Shown here piece by piece: positions 38,353 through 44,008 of a stretch of 44,008 nt of DNA; the first letter of the stretch is position 1, and every line of letters starts with the position of its first letter. The position numbers and the translations under genes were made by a program. Source of the stretch: Catajapyx aquilonaris (taxonomy: Eukaryota); assembly GCA_000934665.2 (NCBI GenBank), contig JYFJ02000410.1:124001-168008 (forward strand), given 5' to 3'. The notes under the pieces were generated by a model, which made no database searches, was not told where the DNA came from, and saw only the letters and a program-made list of their open reading frames with translations.

Positions 38353-40234
38353 AGTATCAATTTTGTTATTTGACTAAATATATATATATTTACCGGAAGG
38401 TTCACCTTTGTAATGTCCTCTGTAATGCTAATGCTCATTTATTGTTGCATTTACACAAATGTTAACAACAATCGCTGCTACTGAAGACAACCGAAGTAAC
38501 CGTTCTTTTAGCGTCAATAAAAATGTTACTGTGCGATTTTCGGCCAGCCCTTACAGTAAAAGGCCTGCACAGGCCTGCAAGTTCAAAAGTTCAAAAACAG
38601 GCCCGTTTTGCAGGCCTGCAAGTGCCCTTCGGGTTTTAACTTTGAAAATGCCGATAGGAATATTGCAAATCATTACAATTTCGGTCACAAATGGCATAGA
38701 GCCCCCTCCCCCCCAGCAGCACTGCAAATTTTTTTTTCTCCTCCCCTCCCCACTTTTTCTCCGCTAATCCTGAATTTGAGCCNGGGGGGGGGGGGGGGGG
38801 CGCTTTCCAATAGAGTGGAATAGCACTCATTTTGTGTTTCGAGAATTAGCTTTTCCAAAATATGGAGTGGACTTGTGGAAAAGCTGTTCACGACCGACTT
38901 TTTTTTGCGGTTCTAAACCTACACTATTTAACTGGTTAATATGAACTTTACATTAGACTTGATTGCAACATGTAATAAATGCAGGCTGTGTAATAAGTTG
39001 GTGAAATATTTAATGTTCCACACCAATTCAGGCTCCTTGAGTGTATCCCACGCAACAAACTCTAAACTTCCAAAAACTTGTCCCCCAAAAATATCCATAA
39101 ACCGGTGTTGTATGTCCTCCGGGTATATTTCATGCAAACCTATTGAATAAGCAAGCAAGTCTGCTGACTTTTAAAGCGCCCTGAAGCGCCAGATGCATCA
39201 ACCTGAACACACAGTGTGCAGTGCACGCCAGGTAATTGAAACTGCACTTAATTTGCCTAGGCTTGTTAGCATTAACGTAATAAAGGGGGGAGGGGGATGG
39301 CCCTTATTAGTGACTAGACGTGGAGATGTCCAATCCCATGGAATTACTGGGTCGTGACCTGGGTATTTCATTGGGAGGAAATAAAAGTGACCCTCAGTAT
39401 GGTGCTCGGTACAGTTCAAGTATTGCATTACAGGGCTGGATGCAGTGAAGTTGTTAGGGATTGTGGAATTTTCACTAGATTATGGACATTGATCATTAGT
39501 AAATTAGGCTGGGTCAGAGCTTTTAAATGAATCAACGGCGTAAGTGGATTAAGAGCAATGCGGGGCCAGGTAAATTGGGAAATTTAATGCAACATTACAA
39601 AATCCTTACTTCAGATATAATCTGGGCGGTTTCTATGTTTTGGAAGGTTGACCTATAACTGAAAGTGAAATGCAGTGCATTTGACTCTCATTACGGTCTT
39701 GGATCAAAGTAATGCACTACAGTTCTTGTTACTTTCTAACGATCTAGCCAATAATATTTTGATTAATTTTCTCACCTTTTCTTCTAATTAACTCCTCAGT
39801 GGAGAAATTATTGTGTGAATATTATTTTAACAACCATATTCTAACACTCAAACTAATCAGATAACATGTAAAAATAATTAATAATGTAACATAATATATC
39901 GGTGTCTCCATTGAATCATTCACGTGTATAGCCTGCAGTAGATTCAACTAGCAGAAGAAAAATCTCTGCTTCAAAAATTTAAAAGTCGAGAGTGGATATA
40001 TTGTGCCCGATGATTCATGTATCGGAAACCATTAATCCGCATTGTAGTTATCAATATATTGAAACTATACAGTAAGCTGCTTACTGCAGTATAAGTCTTC
40101 ATGATACTTTTATGACCGGAAAAATTACCGCTAATAAATAAACTGTAAAATAATATTGGGAATTTGATATTGAATAAACTGTTTTCCTAGGGTGCAAAAT
40201 TTGCTAGGTTTTTGCCTGAATATTTAGTACCATT

Positions 40235-40390
40235 TGTACCTCTGTATGTCTAGGCTGAATAGTCAGACTCTAGGTTCATGTAGTACCACTGCCCCTCACT
40301 TGACCCTGAGGGGGCAGCAGTGTGCAGAGAGGGAGGATGCACCATCTATGTGAAGGTTATGATACTTCGTGGACAGTTTTGTCAAGTTTT
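40235..40390 (+). mobile_element. Repeat family A copy
   Basis: cctctgtatgtc...catgtagtaccactgcccctcacttgaccctgagggggcag...gcaccatctatgtgaaggttatgatacttcgtggacag. Confidence 0.75.
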
Positions 40391-41213
40391 TCGTGCACGT
40401 TTAACTGTACTGGTTTCGGCCAGAAAAGTACAAAAAACGTCAAAACGTTTTGTGTGCGTCCCGTCGCTTCAATCTCATTTTCCAAGAGGACTACTATGAT
40501 GCCGGGGGTTGGCTGGCATCCATCAAGCCGGATCCGATACCACCGCCGCCATAAATATCCAGCCAGAAAATGATTTTTCGTGAGAGTTGAGGGAAAGGAG
40601 GCCTGGGAAGAAGGGTATATAGCTCTTGAAAACGGAATTCATAAATCTAACTTGTAAGAGCCTGAAAAAAACTAGGAGAAAAAAACTGCATGGAGGTGAA
40701 TATAAGGAATAAGTCAGGACACGCCTTACGATTCGAATAAAACGAGGTTGCTCTAGAGAATATATATTTTTAAAACCCGGTTCTTTTCTGAAGCAATGTG
40801 AGGTTGCACAGACTGCAAGCTTCCAACCCTCCCCAACTTTCTATTAAAATGATGGGTATGGTTCCGCTGGGAAATGTGACACTGAAATTTGGAGGCTTCT
40901 ATTTCTCAGCAATGGATGGAGGCTATTTTACTCCGGGTTCTCAATCACTAGGGACCGGATTTTAAGACCAGAAGAGAGAGTTTTTTGTGGGTGACTATAG
41001 TTTTTTATCCCACTTCTATGCCATGCTCTTATCAGGCGGTTTCCACTCGTTTCTACCAAAGTGGATTGGAGCTGAAGGAAATAATATGGACGGGTCGGAA
41101 AAAAATATGGTTATATTTTAAAACCATTCCGTGGATCGACAACCAAGAGTCGCCATGACAGTAGTCTGTCAAAAAATAGATATTTGACGTCATATTGTAT
41201 ACCTGAAAATAAT

Positions 41214-41546
41214 AATAATTGATTGGGTATTCGGCTAACCCCACAGGGGTTTTTTTTGCCAGACCTTTATTATGATGGTGTACAATTCTGAGAATCCTAT
41301 TATTGAAGCGCCCGGGCCCACGGGCAGGATGACAGAAGGGGATGTGAAAGTACAGTGCATCTGACATGTGGCCATTTTTAGTGAGCTCCCCCGGGTGGTT
41401 GAGTCTGTAGGAAATACCACCCGAGACGAAGCCAGAGGTGACCTTGAACTCTGCACGAGATGAAGGGGGTGACCCCGGGCTAGGATCGAACACGGGACCT
41501 TAACATTCGTGGGCGCGCACGTTACCGCGTCGCCCCTCCGTCTCCC
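41214..41546 (-). mobile_element. tRNA-derived SINE with perfect 14-bp target-site duplication
   Basis: tacctgaaaataat at both 41200-41213 and 41547-41560; B-box-like TGTTCGATCCT (41482-41492); 3' stem-loop aaccccacaggggtt; short (ATT)n tail; same layout as the SINE at 20763-21165. Confidence 0.85.
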
Positions 41547-42669
41547 TACCTGAAAATAATGAGATGTGATTTCACTGTGCAGAGTGCAGTGTTCGCCTAA
41601 ATTTAATAAATAATTACCGGGTAAATATTAGTGAAAATTATTATTCTGGTTGTTCGAAGTAAAATTTATGGTTAGAAATTTTTGGCACTAAACCAATGTT
41701 ATATTTGAATATTTCTTTAAACAGTTTCATAACCTGAGTATGGAGTACACTACTTAATTAATTAATTACTACAACACTACAACTCAAATAAATAAAATAT
41801 CAAATGCGGAATAAATAATTGATATACGGTATTATTATGTCATTCATTTAATTTTAATCACATTGGACATTATTCATATTTTTTATTTTATTTTATTTAC
41901 AAAATGTCATTTATTTTCATATCATAATGTAACAGTTTGATATATTTAAAACCAAAAATCAAGTGTAATTTTAAAAGTAAAATTCATTGAAAATTTTTAG
42001 CCTACTGTTCGAAGTTAATCATGAAATACTGGGCGCAATTACAGTTCGTCCTGTGCACTTAGCAACGCTCTTACTGCAGGCTGTTTTGGGGAGGGGGGAA
42101 GCTATCATTCGCAATGCTGTTCAATCCTATTCCAGCGGTTTTTAAAAATGTATGGAATCCTATACAGAGCACTTAGAGCTTCCAAACCTATTCCCCCTCT
42201 CTTTCTATGAAAAAAGAAGAAGCGGAATAGGCCTGTTACAGTCCAGAACCTCCGCCGCTTCCGTTTCAAGTGGATCGAGCCTTCAAAGAAAACGCCTTAA
42301 CAAGCCGCTCTTTTCATGGGTTCCCTCAGAATCTAGTTCTCCCTCCCCTCTACACTGTACCTTTTCTCCCCTCCCCACCCATTTTTGTTGTTGAGAAAAG
42401 CTGCCGATCGAAAAGCATAGGACCTTCTCTCTCTTTCTCTCTCCAACCACCCCAACTCCGGATGATTGCGTCGTTGGACAAGCTGCAAGGGTCCCTCCGG
42501 AATATCCCCCCGGAAACACAGGCCAACAAGGGCCGTTGTGTAGCGAGGACGACACGAGATTGGAGACAATGACCCGAAAAAAAGGAGTGGGTGGGATGAC
42601 GACATGTACCGTTGGCTGGATTGGGGAGAAAAGGGGAAAAAAGGTCTGATTTTTGTAGCGATGTTCAAG

Positions 42670-42936
42670 CAGTACCCAATCCCTCACATAGATGGCGCAT
42701 ACCTGGCCACTCTCAGGGTCATGTGGGTAGTGGTACTACATTCACCTTGCTGATGACTAACCCTGGACGAAAAGGTGTAGACTCGAGACAATTTGATACA
42801 TGATGACCTGAGCCTCCGCAAGTGGAGCATGAATTTATGTGCCTGTATATACTCATAAACACGCGATTTCATGATACATGCATCTAGCTGATGGCTCATC
42901 CCGGACATACATAAGCACAGCCAATTATACATATGA
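42670..42936 (-). mobile_element. Repeat family A copy plus a second tandem terminal fragment
   Basis: ccctcacatagatggcgc..gccactctcagggtcatgtgggtagtggtactaca..ctgatgactaaccctggac...acatga|t (end 42803), then catgcatctagctgatggctcatcccggacatac..agccaattatacatatga|t (42875-42936). Confidence 0.75.
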
Positions 42937-44008
42937 TTGCTCAAACCTTTCATTGACTTCATACCTTAAATGACCCCGCCTCTACATAAAAGTGATCATA
43001 CAGTTTAAGCCAGAACCATTATGAAACACCCTGTACATAAAAAAGAGAGGTTTGAGCATCCTCTCTCGCCCCATACCGCCCCAAAGCAGGTAATTCAAAG
43101 GAAGAGTCTATTAAGAGAAAGAGATTCAAAGGAGGTTTCGCTCCGGTGCTGATGACAAACGTGTAAATTAAACTCTCAGCTGCATTCGGCCCTTCCCAAG
43201 TTTCTACGAATCCACTTTCGCCTGGAAAGTTAGGGGGAGTAATTCAATTTCATACACATGGAGTATATACCCCACACGTTACAGGAAGGTCGGTGGGGGG
43301 GAGTACATTCCAAGAAAATAAAAATAGTCCGGAACTATTTCATTTGCGTTGCATGACCTGAAATTACATCTGACCGTCGGCTTATGCCTGTGACCGGATT
43401 GGCTGATGATTACCTGTGAGCCGTGACCCAACGACAAAAACTACCGTGTGAACCCCCCAGCATGACATGAGCTATATATTTTTTTCAAATTCAAAGTCAC
43501 GATTGGAAACTTCAGCATTAAGAGTCTCCAAAAGTGTATTACACAATGTCTCTTCTTCTTTCGTTCCTTGGGCGGTATAAAAAGAGTCAGGCCAACGCCC
43601 ATACGTGTCAGGTCCCAAACTTTTCTTGGCAACGCCTCAGATATAAGATGAAGAATAATGTTCCTGAGGCGGCCATGCATGGACTCCCAAAGTAGTGGCC
43701 ATAAACTTTAAAAAGACCGCAGCTGTCAACTTCAGAAGCCATCACTGTCTCAAGATGGCTTGGTTTCGCGGTTGATGATTCCTGCTATTTTAAACAGTTC
43801 TTTACATGAAATGCTATAGGCATGGAAACAGGTTGCCATGGTTATCAAACCTGAACAAACAAACAAATATTGCGTTTTATAATATTAGAGATTACTATAT
43901 ATTATAATTTATTGCTACCAACAACTGGTGGCATATTTTGCACAATATTTTCTGATATTTTTCCCCTCTCATATTGAACGATTTATGAGGTGGTTAGAAG
44001 ACGCCACC

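Noticed and set aside
37106..38783. Ambiguous bases at 37106-37107 and 38783
   Set aside because: Assembly uncertainty within C/G homopolymers, not a biological feature.
42750..42780. Hammerhead-ribozyme-like CTGATGA...GACGAAA in family A (CTGATGA also at about 16675 and 22628)
   Set aside because: No stem II can form after CTGATGA (the next base is C, with no pairing partner before GAAA), and the other copies have GACAAAC or GACACAC instead of GAAA. An Infernal search with hammerhead models would settle it.
43022..43035. Solo Tc1/mariner-like end tgaaacaccctgta
   Set aside because: It matches the TIR of the 10-kb MITE, but I found no partner end nearby and it is too short to call.
475..43680. 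All ORFs in the supplied six-frame track
   Set aside because: Short, overlapping on both strands, often low-complexity, and with no domain I recognise. This is what chance ORFs in intronic DNA look like. The real exon is in a frame that is not listed.

Overview
Eukaryotic, almost entirely non-coding DNA, most likely from an insect (inferred from the gene found and from TTAGG/CCTAA microsatellites). The only coding sequence I can support is one 123-nt internal exon at 13207-13329 (+; AG/GT sites, phase 1-1). It encodes (G)LNTKTAVSILNCLLARQLCMDDASCSAILEIIPRVCGPEL(V), the start of the first cysteine-rich domain of the insect GDNF-family receptor-like gene Gfrl. This frame is absent from the ORF track. 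The rest of the window appears to be large Gfrl introns; I found neither the signal-peptide exon nor the next exon. The introns hold about 17 diverged copies of one modular repeat family with a sharp A^TC end (Helitron/DINE-1-like by inference), an internal inverted repeat, an optional TTAGG tract and a well-retained (T)AGATGGCGC motif. Also present: two tRNA-derived SINEs with (ATT)n tails and target-site duplications, several MITE/fold-back elements and several minisatellites. None of the listed ORFs looks like a real gene. All alignments were made by eye, so ends of degenerate repeats are approximate.
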